60,479 nt of DNA from assembly GCA_955652915.1 (NCBI GenBank), contig CATPCJ010000247.1, positions 1 to 60,479 on the forward strand. Reading direction: 5' to 3'. The stretch's first letter is position 1, and each line of letters begins with the position of its first letter. A program made the position numbers and the translations under genes. The notes beneath the pieces were generated by a model. The model made no database searches. It saw nothing but the letters and a program-made list of their open reading frames with translations, and was not told the origin of the DNA. Below, in pieces: positions 1 to 10,380 of the stretch. The stretch comes from an uncultured Bryobacteraceae bacterium (GTDB lineage Bacteria; Acidobacteriota; Terriglobia; Bryobacterales; Bryobacteraceae).

Positions 1-1380
1 CTTCCCGAAGTGAAGCGCGCCATGGACGAAGCCTCGCGCGGTTACGTGCAGATGGACGAGCTGATGGAGGGCGTCGGAAAGCGGCTGGCTGAGCTCACTG
101 GGGCTGAGTGGGGCATCGTGACGGCCGGGTGCTGTGCTGCGTTGACCAATTGCACCGCGGCGGCGATCGCCGGCTATAACCCGGAAAGGATGCAGCGTCT
201 GCCCGACCTCAGGGGGTTGAAGAACGAGGTCATCATTCCCAAATATTCACGCAACGTGTACGACCATGCCATCCGAATGGTGGGAGTGAACATTGTCGAG
301 GTGCGCGACAAGGGCGAATTGGAGTCCGCCTTTCGTGACCGCACTGCAATGGTGTACATACTTGGCGGACCCGGTGATGACGGACCGCTTGGCACGCGGG
401 TTATCTCAGAGGTGGCCAAGCGAAAGAACGTCCCGGTGATCGTCGACGCGGCGGCGGAGATCCTGACTCTAAAACCAAATGTACACCTGGAGCGCGGAGC
501 GACGGCGGTGGCCTACAGCGGCGGCAAATGCATTCGCGGACCGCAGGCCGCCGGACTTCTTCTGGGAGAAAAGAAATGGCTCCAGGCCGCTTGGGCAAAC
601 AGCGCGCCGCATCATGCCTTTGGACGCTCCTTGAAGGTCGGTAAAGAAGAGATCATGGGGATGCTCGCGGCAGTGGAAATGTGGGTGAAACGCGACCATA
701 AAGCAGAATGGGCCGAATGGGAGGCTCGGCTGGACCGTGTCGCGACGCGGGTGAAGGGGATCGACGGCGTGACGGCGAAAATAGCGCAGCCGAGCGAGGA
801 CCTTTCGAATCGCACCCCACGGCTTGTCATTGAGTGGGATGGCGCGAAGCTCGGAATCACGGGTCAGGAAGTACACAAGCTTCTAGGCGATACGGAACCG
901 CGCATCATCCTGGCGTCGGGACGCGGCAGCCGGCCGGACAATATGGCGAGCTCGGTCTCGGTGGTTCCATATATGTTGATGCCCGGCGAAGAGAAGGTGG
1001 TCGCGGACCGTCTTTACGCGGTGCTTTCCAAACCCCCGAAATTTGAGAATCCCTCCGTGCCACAGGGCGAGCCCGCGGCAATCGGCGGTGTATGGGATGC
1101 GCATCTCGAATTCGGCCGGGGATCGGCGACCCATTCGATCCACCTGGAGCAGGACGGCACGAAATTGGAGGGACAGTACGTAACCGATATCTTCGGATCG
1201 GCTCCGCTGCGGGGCACGGTGGCCGCCAACACGGTTCGCTTGCAGACATCCTTCCAGATTCAGGGCCAGCGGCTTTCGTACACACTTACGGGAACCGTCG
1301 ATGGCGACAGGATGGCGGGTGTCGTCAATATGGGCGAGTACGGGGAAACGAGTTGGATCGCGCAGAGGAATCGGCACTGA
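1..1380 (+). CDS. SelA-like/DgaE-family PLP-dependent enzyme (5'-truncated at window edge) with C-terminal beta-rich extension
   Basis: Frame open from base 1; motifs VIVDAAAE and YSGGKCIRGPQAAGLLLG (PLP Lys), GRSLKVGKEE typical of the SelA/DgaE family. Confidence 0.8.
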   Translation, partial: LPEVKRAMDEASRGYVQMDELMEGVGKRLAELTGAEWGIVTAGCCAALTNCTAAAIAGYNPERMQRLPDLRGLKNEVIIPKYSRNVYDHAIRMVGVNIVEVRDKGELESAFRDRTAMVYILGGPGDDGPLGTRVISEVAKRKNVPVIVDAAAEILTLKPNVHLERGATAVAYSGGKCIRGPQAAGLLLGEKKWLQAAWANSAPHHAFGRSLKVGKEEIMGMLAAVEMWVKRDHKAEWAEWEARLDRVATRVKGIDGVTAKIAQPSEDLSNRTPRLVIEWDGAKLGITGQEVHKLLGDTEPRIILASGRGSRPDNMASSVSVVPYMLMPGEEKVVADRLYAVLSKPPKFENPSVPQGEPAAIGGVWDAHLEFGRGSATHSIHLEQDGTKLEGQYVTDIFGSAPLRGTVAANTVRLQTSFQIQGQRLSYTLTGTVDGDRMAGVVNMGEYGETSWIAQRNRH

Positions 1381-1408
1381 GATCGGTAATTAACTAAAGG
1401 AGACGTGA

Positions 1409-1873
1409 ATGACCAAATCGAATCGGCGTAATTTTCTTGGACGTGGAGCGGTGACAGCCGCTGCCGCCGCGGCGGTTGTAGCGGTCCCCGCCAAGGCACA
1501 GGACAAACCGGCCAAGCGAGTGATCTATCGCAACGGCAAGAAACCGGCCAAGACGCCGCTGTTCAGCGGCACTGTCGCTTACGGCAACTTGCTGTTCATC
1601 TCGGGCGTGGGGTACCACAAGGAAGGCGACATCGCGGTACATACCAAGGCGGTGCTGGACCAGATCCAGCAGCAACTCGAGAGCGCCGGCTCCTCAATGG
1701 ACAAAGTTCTCAAGTGCAACGTCTATCTGAACGACCTGAAAGACTACGCGGGAATGAATGAAGTGTTCCAGGGCCGCTTTGGCGAGGAGCCTCCGGTGCG
1801 TACGACCATCGCGGCCGCCGGCGGCATCCCGGGGAATTCGCTGGTGGAGATCGACGTAATCGCCTGCCTCTAA
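1409..1873 (+). CDS. RidA/YjgF/UK114 family protein with twin-arginine (Tat)-like signal peptide
   Basis: N-terminal SNRRNFLG plus Ala-rich stretch; LFISG, KCNVYL, PPVRTT, LVEIDVIA Rid motifs; RBS AAAGGAG. Confidence 0.9.
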   Translation: MTKSNRRNFLGRGAVTAAAAAAVVAVPAKAQDKPAKRVIYRNGKKPAKTPLFSGTVAYGNLLFISGVGYHKEGDIAVHTKAVLDQIQQQLESAGSSMDKVLKCNVYLNDLKDYAGMNEVFQGRFGEEPPVRTTIAAAGGIPGNSLVEIDVIACL

Positions 1874-1893
1874 GCACGAGACTCATTACCCCG

Positions 1894-4695
1894 TTACGGG
1901 GCGATCGCCAGGGTAGCTCCGGGTTGGGTGGAGACTCCACCGACGGTAATCACAATCGGCTGCAAGCCAGCAGGAACACCTTGGGGGATCTCCAAATTGA
2001 ATTGGTAGAGACCGACCGAGCCTGCCGACATGCCGGCGAATTTCACGTTCGACGCCGCAAGTTGCAGTCCTCCAATCGTGACTGTGATGGGACTGGCAAG
2101 CAGCACGGTACCCACCGTTGGAACCCCGGCCGTGGAAGGCGGAGTGGTGGCTCCAAAACCGGTGCCATAAATCGTCACGATTGCACCCACCGGGACTGGC
2201 GCGGCTTCTGAGATCGGTTGGCTAGTCAAGGCATTAATGCCAGCCACCAGTCCCTGCCCAAATTGCAATGTGAACAAGGCCGGAGAGAAGGCGGCGATAG
2301 GCACCGAGACGCTGTTGCCTGGCGTTCCCGTTGTGCAATCGTTCTCGACAGCTCCGGTGTTGACAACTACTGTCGCAGTGCCTGAATTTCCTAGCGTGGA
2401 AATCGCCTGCGCGTTAATTTGACCCGGCGAAACAAAGAACAACGGCGCGCACACTCCATTGATTTGAACGCCGGTACCCTGGATCACAAATGGCAGTGCC
2501 CCGTTCACCAGACTGACGACTCCAGCGGGCGCAAACGCCTCGTTGACGCCGAAGATGCTGATGATGGTATTGGCTGAGACCGCGTTGTTCGGGGCGGGGA
2601 TGAAGCTACCGCCGTTGATGGTTCCGCCGACGGAAAGCGTAGCGGGAATCACCATCGGATTGAAGCCTTGCTCAGCAAAAGCCGCGAAGGCTGTGGCGGA
2701 TAAGCTGAGACGAGCCGGGACACAGCCAAAGGGCGTGTTGATGCATTGATCGTAAGGTTGAACGTTTTGGCTCAAAATGGCGGCCACCAAACCATTGCCG
2801 TCGCCATTGGGTGCGTTTTGCTGAGCCTGCTGAATCTGGCTCAAGTAAGAATTGGCCTGGGAAACGAAGTCATCCGTGGCGCTTCCCCGATAAAGGCTCT
2901 GTACGAACTTCAGGGCCACGATGACCTGCCCGGTGTACTGCCAACCGATTCCGTCAGTCCCCGGCGCAACTCCCGCCGGAGCAACGGGCTGTTGAACCGC
3001 ATTAAATCCCAGGTAAGTCTGACCTCCGGCGGTTACCCGCTTGGACTGCGCCAAAACCCCACGCATCGCGCCGGCCCAGTTCAGGGTGCGGTAGGCCGGC
3101 GCCGAGGCCATCGCCAGCGCAGCCAATGTATTGGACTCGAGAGCGTCATAAGCATTGATGGCATCGTCACCCTTGAGCGTCCCGTTCGGCATAACCCCGA
3201 TAGTCAGGTCCTGCTGTTGGCCCCGAGGAACGGTGCCTTGGAAAAACTGGCCGTTCGGTTCCATCATGCTCTGCACAAAGCTTCCAGCAATGCCGGCTCG
3301 CCGCTCCCACTCGGCGGCCGCCATCGAATTCCCGGCCGACGCTTCGGCAGCGGCTAGGAAGTGAAATGCCGCATAGATCAAGGCGTTCCCTGAAGTCCAC
3401 TTGACCTTCAAGGGGGTCTGCGCTCCGTCCACGAATCCCTGGAAGTAACCGCCGTAGCCGGTTGTACTCGGATCGAGCATGGTTCCATAAATCCAATTTC
3501 CGATGGTCCTAGCGTCCGCCAGATAGTTCGATTTGTTTAAAGCAGTAAATCCATGCAAGAAGGCGAGGATGGCCCAAGCGTTCGACGTAGCGCCGGCGCC
3601 ATTGAAGACCACGTTGAAAGAAGGGCCAACGGAAAAGCCACAGAGGCGCACGTCTCCCGCTTTGGATCCGCCGGTTTGAACATTCAACAAAGCGATATCG
3701 CCAGCGCTGTAGCAGTTGTATAGTCCGCGCGAACCATCCGGGCTTGCGGGCAGCGGAAGCCCCTGGTTGGGATGCGCCAAGGCGTAATCGAGAGTGTCCA
3801 GAATCAGGCCCGCCGCCTTCATGTCGCTGGAACTTTTGCGCCGCAGGAAGGCAATTGCGGCCATGGAGACGTCGGCCGTGGGCGCCGCATTCCGGTACAA
3901 CTGGTCAGGAGGGATGGGGACCAGGCCGTTCCTCGCCGCCGACACGGGTAGGATTGGAAGGGTTGAATAGCCGAGCGGAAGCCCCAATGCGTTTGTTTGA
4001 GATGCGGGAACGGGTGTGTACACGATGTTCTGGACGTACAATGTTCCGCCCGAGGGCGCATGTTGGTCATTGGAGACAACGGTCCAAAGAAGATTCGTTT
4101 GGGAAAGATTCGGCGCCGGGGCGATCGCCGTCAGGTCCACGGACATCGGCGTCAAAGTGCCGGGAACGGCGATGTAGGAGCCGGTGGCCCCACCTGCGCC
4201 GAACGCTACATTGATCCCCTGCGGTGACATGGCTTGAAAGGACACTTTTGAGGAGCCCGCGAGATTGTACCCCGCACCGGCTGCGAAGTGAGCCGGCTCG
4301 GTAAAGATAATCCCGCAAAAGTCACCGGTGGATAAAGGAGGAAGCGTGACACGAAGAAGCAATTGGTCCGTGCGCGCCGGATCGGTGGAACACCCTTTCG
4401 GCGCCGAGGCATCGTAGTGACATGCGGTATCGATCGACATAAGGCTGAGGTTCGCGGTAGTGTTCGGCCCTCCGCAAAAGAATCCTCCCGGATCGCCGTG
4501 GTTATACGCCGAATCCGGACTCTCGAAGACCGTAAATGTGGTTTGTTGCCGGGTGACAGCACTGGTCAGGTAGCTATAGGCCTTGGTGCCTATGCCCAGG
4601 TTGGCCGCGCGTACACCTTCCCCGGCGGATGCGGAAGAAGCCGCTCCCAAGATCCCTACCAATAAAACACAAGCGTATGCGCTCAGACCCTTCAT
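1894..4695 (-). CDS. Large secreted protein: N-terminal carbohydrate-binding-like domain, central helical glycosidase-like region, C-terminal Solibacter TIGR03437-like domain
   Basis: Signal peptide; C-terminal motifs IISIFG, APLFFVSPGQINAQ, VTIYGTGFG, GLYQFNLEIP recalled for TIGR03437; RBS AAGGAGG. Confidence 0.7.
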   Translation of the reverse strand: MKGLSAYACVLLVGILGAASSASAGEGVRAANLGIGTKAYSYLTSAVTRQQTTFTVFESPDSAYNHGDPGGFFCGGPNTTANLSLMSIDTACHYDASAPKGCSTDPARTDQLLLRVTLPPLSTGDFCGIIFTEPAHFAAGAGYNLAGSSKVSFQAMSPQGINVAFGAGGATGSYIAVPGTLTPMSVDLTAIAPAPNLSQTNLLWTVVSNDQHAPSGGTLYVQNIVYTPVPASQTNALGLPLGYSTLPILPVSAARNGLVPIPPDQLYRNAAPTADVSMAAIAFLRRKSSSDMKAAGLILDTLDYALAHPNQGLPLPASPDGSRGLYNCYSAGDIALLNVQTGGSKAGDVRLCGFSVGPSFNVVFNGAGATSNAWAILAFLHGFTALNKSNYLADARTIGNWIYGTMLDPSTTGYGGYFQGFVDGAQTPLKVKWTSGNALIYAAFHFLAAAEASAGNSMAAAEWERRAGIAGSFVQSMMEPNGQFFQGTVPRGQQQDLTIGVMPNGTLKGDDAINAYDALESNTLAALAMASAPAYRTLNWAGAMRGVLAQSKRVTAGGQTYLGFNAVQQPVAPAGVAPGTDGIGWQYTGQVIVALKFVQSLYRGSATDDFVSQANSYLSQIQQAQQNAPNGDGNGLVAAILSQNVQPYDQCINTPFGCVPARLSLSATAFAAFAEQGFNPMVIPATLSVGGTINGGSFIPAPNNAVSANTIISIFGVNEAFAPAGVVSLVNGALPFVIQGTGVQINGVCAPLFFVSPGQINAQAISTLGNSGTATVVVNTGAVENDCTTGTPGNSVSVPIAAFSPALFTLQFGQGLVAGINALTSQPISEAAPVPVGAIVTIYGTGFGATTPPSTAGVPTVGTVLLASPITVTIGGLQLAASNVKFAGMSAGSVGLYQFNLEIPQGVPAGLQPIVITVGGVSTQPGATLAIAP

Positions 4696-5094
4696 ATCGC
4701 CCTCCTTGTTGTTGAGCCCGGAACACCCCGACGACCCTCAGGGTAGTCGAGCCGGCGGTGTCCGCACCGTAATCGTACTTGCCAATTTCATATGCGGTAC
4801 GGGACCTCTTTATTTCAGTAGGGAACCTGACAGAAGGCCTCCGGAGGTTGCGCCGGCCAGCCGCGCGGCCCTTCCCCGGTGGCTGGGAGTGTCAGGGCGG
4901 ATGAAACAAGAGTTCAAATACCTGCATGGTTTATAGAAGAACAAGGCGCCTTTGCAATTCCCAGGAGGAGCGCGCTGATGCCCTTAGGGGTTGTCACGAA
5001 ATAACCATGTCCAAAGATCAGCGATCGGCCGCCCGATGCCGGGTTCCGCGGGCGGAAATTTACAACAACCCAATTGCTTAGGAGCAGACCCCAC

Positions 5095-6825
5095 ATGAGT
5101 AAGTTTTACTTGCCGTTGTTAATGACGATGGCTACCGCAGCGCTTTCCGCGGTTGACCGGCCGCGCGGACAAGATCCGTACGCGGCTTACGAATGTGCCC
5201 TGAAGGTGCGCCAGCAGAAATCGACAGGCGCGATCAAGCAATACATTCGCTCCGCCATTTCGGGGAGTCAACTTCCGGCCCCCAAGGATCAGTGTGTCGA
5301 GGACTTGGTCAAACAGAAAGAAACCGACGCCGGCAAAGGAAGCTGGCTGTTATTCATCGCCGAGGTGATGAAGAGCGCCGGCGATTACCGAGCGTTGAGC
5401 TATTATCGGCAGGCGATCAAGGCAGACGACAGAGAGGCTGCGTTTCCCTATTTTCTTGCAGAATATTTGAGGAACTTCAGAGGGCCTCAAGAACCGCTGT
5501 ATCCACAGGCCGAGCAGCAATACATACTTGCTCAACAGACGCTGGACAAGGTGAAGGCCGCGGACAATTGGCGAAAATGGGACGACGAAACTCAAACTCG
5601 TGTCTATCGTAGCCTGGTGGCTCTACACCAGAGAAATGGCCTGCCGCTGGTTTTGCGGAACGGCATTTCGCAGGTCCTGTCCTACGCCTCGATCTTTCGC
5701 CTGGCCCAAACCAACGCCGATTTGGATCGAACGTCAGACATTCGGGACTACACTGCCTCGGCCGCGTTTGCGCAAATCGGAGACCGGAACGGCAAACCCT
5801 TGAATCGTTTGGAATACCGCAGCCTGATCCGCACAGAGACGCCCGTCGACACTTTTGACCGGCTGCGTTTCCGGTACGAGAATCTGCCGGTTGTCGATCT
5901 CATTTATAACTATCGCCACACGACAAATGTGGCGCCCAAGATCTACAAACCGCCGTTCACATTCGTGCCTCTGCAACTGAATACCTGGGGCCTCAACGTT
6001 GCCAAGCCCTTCAGCGTGGGTAACGCCGTGGATGTTTCAATAGAGGGCTCCTTCCGGCAAAGCTGGCGGGAGGGATTGATTGAGTATGTTCCGGAAGGGG
6101 TCGAACATATCAATCAGTTTGAAGGCAAAGCGGCGCTTTCTCGCTTTGTCGGCCCGGACAAACTGAATGTATCGATGGTCTATGTTTACCAGGCGATCAG
6201 CCCGGACGTGCCCAACAATCCAAATCGGGAGCGCACGCTGCTTGCGCCAAGTATTTCGTACCAGTTCTTTCGTCCGTCCACCTTCGGCGAGCATTTTCAA
6301 ACCCGTGGCATCGAGGTGTTCGGCGGCGCACTGCTTGACCGCGAGACCTATCCTGTCCCGCCTGGGGCTAAAGCGGCCGACACCATAGTCCGGCGCCGGG
6401 ACTTTTTTGGCGGGATCGCGGCTCGGGGGCTGGGCGGTGGCCGCTGGGACTTTACCTTTCAGCCGACGTTCTTCTCATCGGTAGTGAGACCGGATCGTAC
6501 TCAGGATAATTCTCAATATCGTTCGAACGTGGTGATTCTCCGCCGAATCGTCGATGAAGAGAAGACTCCTGGCCTCCCCGGCCGGCGGCGGGGAAATCAC
6601 CTGGGGTTTCTGCATCTTGTATTTCCGCTGCAGCACGATGTCGCGCGCACGGGAATCGACGCTTATCGCAACTATAAGGCGGGCGTTGAGCTAGACACCA
6701 TGTGGTACACCACGGCGCGTTCGGGAGTTACCTTTTTAGGAACGTTCCGCTATGACTTTCAGCGTTTCTATGCTCTCAACAAAAATCAGAACCTGTTCGC
6801 TTTCGGCCTGAGCATGGGCTTCTAA
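5095..6825 (+). CDS. Secreted TPR-like N-terminus plus probable outer-membrane beta-barrel protein
   Basis: Signal-like N-terminus; helical repeats (ALSYYRQAIKAD); amphipathic beta-strand pattern and terminal Phe (FAFGLSMGF). Confidence 0.6.
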   Translation: MSKFYLPLLMTMATAALSAVDRPRGQDPYAAYECALKVRQQKSTGAIKQYIRSAISGSQLPAPKDQCVEDLVKQKETDAGKGSWLLFIAEVMKSAGDYRALSYYRQAIKADDREAAFPYFLAEYLRNFRGPQEPLYPQAEQQYILAQQTLDKVKAADNWRKWDDETQTRVYRSLVALHQRNGLPLVLRNGISQVLSYASIFRLAQTNADLDRTSDIRDYTASAAFAQIGDRNGKPLNRLEYRSLIRTETPVDTFDRLRFRYENLPVVDLIYNYRHTTNVAPKIYKPPFTFVPLQLNTWGLNVAKPFSVGNAVDVSIEGSFRQSWREGLIEYVPEGVEHINQFEGKAALSRFVGPDKLNVSMVYVYQAISPDVPNNPNRERTLLAPSISYQFFRPSTFGEHFQTRGIEVFGGALLDRETYPVPPGAKAADTIVRRRDFFGGIAARGLGGGRWDFTFQPTFFSSVVRPDRTQDNSQYRSNVVILRRIVDEEKTPGLPGRRRGNHLGFLHLVFPLQHDVARTGIDAYRNYKAGVELDTMWYTTARSGVTFLGTFRYDFQRFYALNKNQNLFAFGLSMGF

Positions 6826-6982
6826 CTGGCCGGCGCGTACGCGATCCAATGCGCCTCCCGCAACCGCGACGCTAAGTCATCGTGAGACGAACTGTCCTGG
6901 GCAACCCCAGCGATCACGAAGACGCAGGCAGCGAGAGGCCAACGAATAGTTCTTATCATGAGACGCTCAAGCCCATTCCGAG

Positions 6983-7918
6983 CTACTTGCCGCAAGGTTG
7001 CTTGGAAAAATGGAGATCGTCCAGAAAGACGACACCACCGGTTGGGTTCATGGCCTTGGTCAGAACGATTGTGAACGCGCTCACCACGTTCTTCAAGTCT
7101 TCGCCAGACAAGTCCAGGCAGTACGGCTGCCAGTCTCCTTTTAACTGACGAAACTCGTCGACCACTTCGTGGGAAGCCTCATAGCCAATCTTTACCTGCG
7201 GTCCCGTACCGCCGCCGGATTTGAACTGCACAGTCGGAAAATCGCCTTCCGCGGACCTCAAGCCGCGAGCCCAAATTCGAAGCGAATGTATATCCTGGCC
7301 GGCCAAGTTTTTGCCTTTTGTTTCGCCCCAGTTCATCGTGCCCTGAGTGACGTACTGCCAGCTTACGGCGGCCCACCCGATGTCCCGGGGCTTGTAGTCC
7401 AGTCTGATACTGAATGGCTCGGAGTGCGGATGGTCACGAGAGCGTTCGTTAATAACAACGCCACCGCTCATGGCATCGCCCATGTAACCGGCGGCAACGA
7501 ATCCCAGTTTAATGATGTCGCCAGCCTCTGCAGGGCCGGGAGGTTGTTCAACGCGGGGCTGCTGCAATGGTTGTTCCGCGTTTGCCTTCGGTTTATCGTC
7601 TTTCGTTATTTCGAGGGACAGATCCCTGGTGATCTCGCCTCCGGGCGTGCGAATTCTGCAGATAATAACAAGCGGCCCCGGCGAATTCAGGACAATCTTG
7701 ACGGTGAGATCGGTGTTGGACCCCTCAATGCGAGCGGGCCCCTGCGCCTCCCAGGCCGGCTTCGCATCCCGTGCCAGCTTACCGGCCAACTCCAAGACAA
7801 TCGTTGCGCCAACTCGCGGCGGATCTCCAGATTTTAATTTGATCTCCTGGGCACTGATGGACCCAGTGAGAGCGGCCGCAAAGAAAAACGTGTTGCGAAT
7901 AAAACTATGCATGGTCAT
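6983..7918 (-). CDS. Secreted protein with C-terminal carbohydrate-binding-like (CBM11/CIA30-like) domain
   Basis: Signal peptide; GYMGD, WAAVSWQ, NWGETKGKNLAG, LRIWARG, WQPYCLDL, VFLDDLHF; RBS GGAG. Confidence 0.6.
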   Translation of the reverse strand: MTMHSFIRNTFFFAAALTGSISAQEIKLKSGDPPRVGATIVLELAGKLARDAKPAWEAQGPARIEGSNTDLTVKIVLNSPGPLVIICRIRTPGGEITRDLSLEITKDDKPKANAEQPLQQPRVEQPPGPAEAGDIIKLGFVAAGYMGDAMSGGVVINERSRDHPHSEPFSIRLDYKPRDIGWAAVSWQYVTQGTMNWGETKGKNLAGQDIHSLRIWARGLRSAEGDFPTVQFKSGGGTGPQVKIGYEASHEVVDEFRQLKGDWQPYCLDLSGEDLKNVVSAFTIVLTKAMNPTGGVVFLDDLHFSKQPCGK

Positions 7919-7930
7919 TTTTGAGTCTCC

Positions 7931-9001
7931 TTATTCTTCTCGAACAATCGCATTACCAATACCAATCCCATCCCGACGTTGCAGAATAAACAAAAGCTTC
8001 AAAGGGAGGACAGAATTATTCTGCCGCACACGGTGAATTTCGAATTGCGCGTGGTACCTTCGCAGATCGCCATGGGACGTTCCGGGAAGTATACGCACTG
8101 AACCCAGCATGGGGAAGGTGCACGTCAGACTCGGTGAGCCTTTATCATCCGCGAGGCAGATTGCATGAACCCTCCGGCCCGATCGCGGCAGGTCCTCCGC
8201 GAACAAGTGCAAGACCGCCGGTAGAGGTCCCAATCCTGGCGGAACAAGGAAGACCGGCTCAGGTCCTGGGACTGGTTTCAATCCCAAAGTGACGGGTGTT
8301 ATCGGACCGTTCGGGGGGACTGCAAAACCGCTGATGTCGATCGCCCAGAAACGAGGCGGACAACCCTCGGCACACTGATGCGTAATGGCCCGGCCAATTT
8401 TTTCAATCGCCAGGGAAGGTAGGGCGTTGAGGGCGAGAAACAGGCAGAGTCCCGGCAACCAGAGCCACAGCATCCAGCGCCAAGGCCTGCCCCACCATAT
8501 TCCAGGCAAGCTCTGTCGAGAGATTTTTTGATTCTCGTGGGACTGCAAATAAAATCTTAGATTTTTAGGACAACCCTTTCGGCCGGCAAGTCTCCATAAA
8601 ATCCGAAGCCACCGGGGCCGGAGAAGGCCTGTTTGCCATTCGAAGAAACGTCGCATTACAGACGGCCGCGTGCGTTCGCCAGCGATAGCACGGAACATCG
8701 CCACCCATTCGCGTCGATCAAAGCACGCGCCGGGAATCACGAGCTGGATAGGTGTAGGCCGTCTCGAGCCTCGGTCGATACGCAAAAAGCAACCAAGTTC
8801 CAATACAAGAATGAAGAAGGCGGCAAACATAAACGCGAATTGGTCCATATTTTCCGTCCACCACCGGTTTTCCGGAAAAAACTTCAGGACCCAGAAGTCG
8901 CAGAAGAAAAACCATGCGAGCAAGCTGCCAACTCCCATACGCGCCATGGAACCCAGATTGCCAGTCAATAGGTACTGCAGCACAAGCAGGAAATGATGCA
9001 T
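7931..9001 (-). CDS. Hypothetical membrane protein
   Basis: Several hydrophobic segments; ATG overlaps the upstream stop (TGATG at 9003-8999), consistent with translational coupling. Confidence 0.6.
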   Translation of the reverse strand: MHHFLLVLQYLLTGNLGSMARMGVGSLLAWFFFCDFWVLKFFPENRWWTENMDQFAFMFAAFFILVLELGCFLRIDRGSRRPTPIQLVIPGACFDRREWVAMFRAIAGERTRPSVMRRFFEWQTGLLRPRWLRILWRLAGRKGCPKNLRFYLQSHENQKISRQSLPGIWWGRPWRWMLWLWLPGLCLFLALNALPSLAIEKIGRAITHQCAEGCPPRFWAIDISGFAVPPNGPITPVTLGLKPVPGPEPVFLVPPGLGPLPAVLHLFAEDLPRSGRRVHAICLADDKGSPSLTCTFPMLGSVRILPGTSHGDLRRYHAQFEIHRVRQNNSVLPLKLLFILQRRDGIGIGNAIVREE

Positions 9002-9654
9002 CACCCGCCACCTAGCAGAAGGCCCCGCGCCTGAAGCAGAAACAGCCTCTCGATGCACTCCTTACCGCTTGAACACTCGATGACCGGAAGACTTCTTCCA
9101 CCTTCTACCTGAAATTTGTGGACGACGGGTTCTTCCCCGTGTCGCGCGTTCCTCCACGGTACTCCTCCCTGATTCTGTGGGATGACGGCAATTGAAATCG
9201 CCGCCAAGTTCGCCAGCGCGGTGAGTTTGTCCAGGATGGATTTTGGTTCCACGTGCTGGAAGTAACCACAATCGTCGCCGGCGGCTGTAATACCGACGCG
9301 ATCAATACTCAGACACCGAATGTTTTCCGGCATGAGATGCGGATTCAATTCGCACGCCAGCTTGGCCAGGGCGAGAAAGGCCGCCCCAAATATCGATCCT
9401 CCACTTGCGCGCGGAGGAGTCCCTCCATTGAAAGTCACCATGTCCCATTCGATGTAAGTTCCCGCGAAGCATCCTGGGAAACATTCCTTGACCGCGACAT
9501 ATGCGGCTGTGATCACATCATCGAAGGATTTGGTGGCTAGCCGGCCCATTGCGGCCGAAAATTGCAACGGAAGACCGGCAGAGAGTTGTTTGACGATGAG
9601 CCGTGCAACGAAATATCCATTTGCCGAGCCGCATGGGGCGGTACAGAACGGCAT
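9001..9654 (-). CDS. Stand-alone Lon-like (S16) protease C-terminal domain protein
   Basis: SGGSIFGAAFLALA...VGITAAGD..G.F.HV...ILDKL...IAVIPQNQ resembles Lon DGPSAG...AMTGE..G.V..VGG..EK...VIIP.N with a Ser-Lys dyad. Confidence 0.55.
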   Translation of the reverse strand: MPFCTAPCGSANGYFVARLIVKQLSAGLPLQFSAAMGRLATKSFDDVITAAYVAVKECFPGCFAGTYIEWDMVTFNGGTPPRASGGSIFGAAFLALAKLACELNPHLMPENIRCLSIDRVGITAAGDDCGYFQHVEPKSILDKLTALANLAAISIAVIPQNQGGVPWRNARHGEEPVVHKFQVEGGRSLPVIECSSGKECIERLFLLQARGLLLGGG

Positions 9655-9657
9655 GAC

Positions 9658-10380
9658 TTAACTCCCTGCGTGCCAAGGGGCATAGACAAGTGTGATTACG
9701 TCAGTGCCTTCGGGAATTTCGAATCGTCCGTCCCAAGTGGCGATCCATCGTCCTGGCTGCACCGATTCATCGAATTTCGCACGGGCGGACACCAACTTAT
9801 GTTCCTCCGCTGTCCCGTAGCCGGATCGGAAGCTAAAAACTACCGATCCAGTCCCCAACTCCTTAACATTCGTTTCGAACAAGAGATTAAGCGCGGTCGT
9901 TTCAGACGGTATGAGCGTCACTTGAATTCGGGCGTCTATCGGCACAGAGTTGACTCGAACGGGCCGGGGCAAAGCGGAATCTGAAGTAGTGAAGGCAACC
10001 GCGACCCTTGCTTCGCCGATCTCTTCCCCAAGCGATTCCGGTCTGGCCAAAGCGTAGAGGCGATAGCTGGTTTTTTCATCTCGACCGATTTCAAAAATGT
10101 CTGTCGTGCCGTCCTCCCCGAAGTCCAGGAAGTTGATTTTTCCTGAATCGGATTCGAACATTGCTTCCAGCCGATTCCACTCTACTTCGGTGTGGGCGAA
10201 CGCGTGGCAGGCGATAAGCCCCCGCACCATGGCATCCCCTGGCTGGGAGGTGATGATCACGGACAAAGACAGATTCTCGCCCCGCACGTGAGTACCGTAG
10301 CGCGAGTCGAAGGCAAGTTTATTTAGCAATTTCTCGGCCTCCTGAAGCGCCGCGCTTTTTCGCTCAATTCTATCCGTCAT
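9658..10380 (-). CDS. Hypothetical protein
   Basis: 240-aa ORF with RBS GGAGGGAG, overlapping the upstream gene and 3 nt from the downstream gene. Confidence 0.65.
   Translation of the reverse strand: MTDRIERKSAALQEAEKLLNKLAFDSRYGTHVRGENLSLSVIITSQPGDAMVRGLIACHAFAHTEVEWNRLEAMFESDSGKINFLDFGEDGTTDIFEIGRDEKTSYRLYALARPESLGEEIGEARVAVAFTTSDSALPRPVRVNSVPIDARIQVTLIPSETTALNLLFETNVKELGTGSVVFSFRSGYGTAEEHKLVSARAKFDESVQPGRWIATWDGRFEIPEGTDVITLVYAPWHAGS

Noticed and set aside
1..1380. SelA as a true selenocysteine synthase linked to the odd tRNA
   Set aside because: Motifs and the RidA neighbour fit the DgaE/SelA-like group. There is no selB, selC or selD, it lies 12 kb away, and the tRNA has no Sec features.
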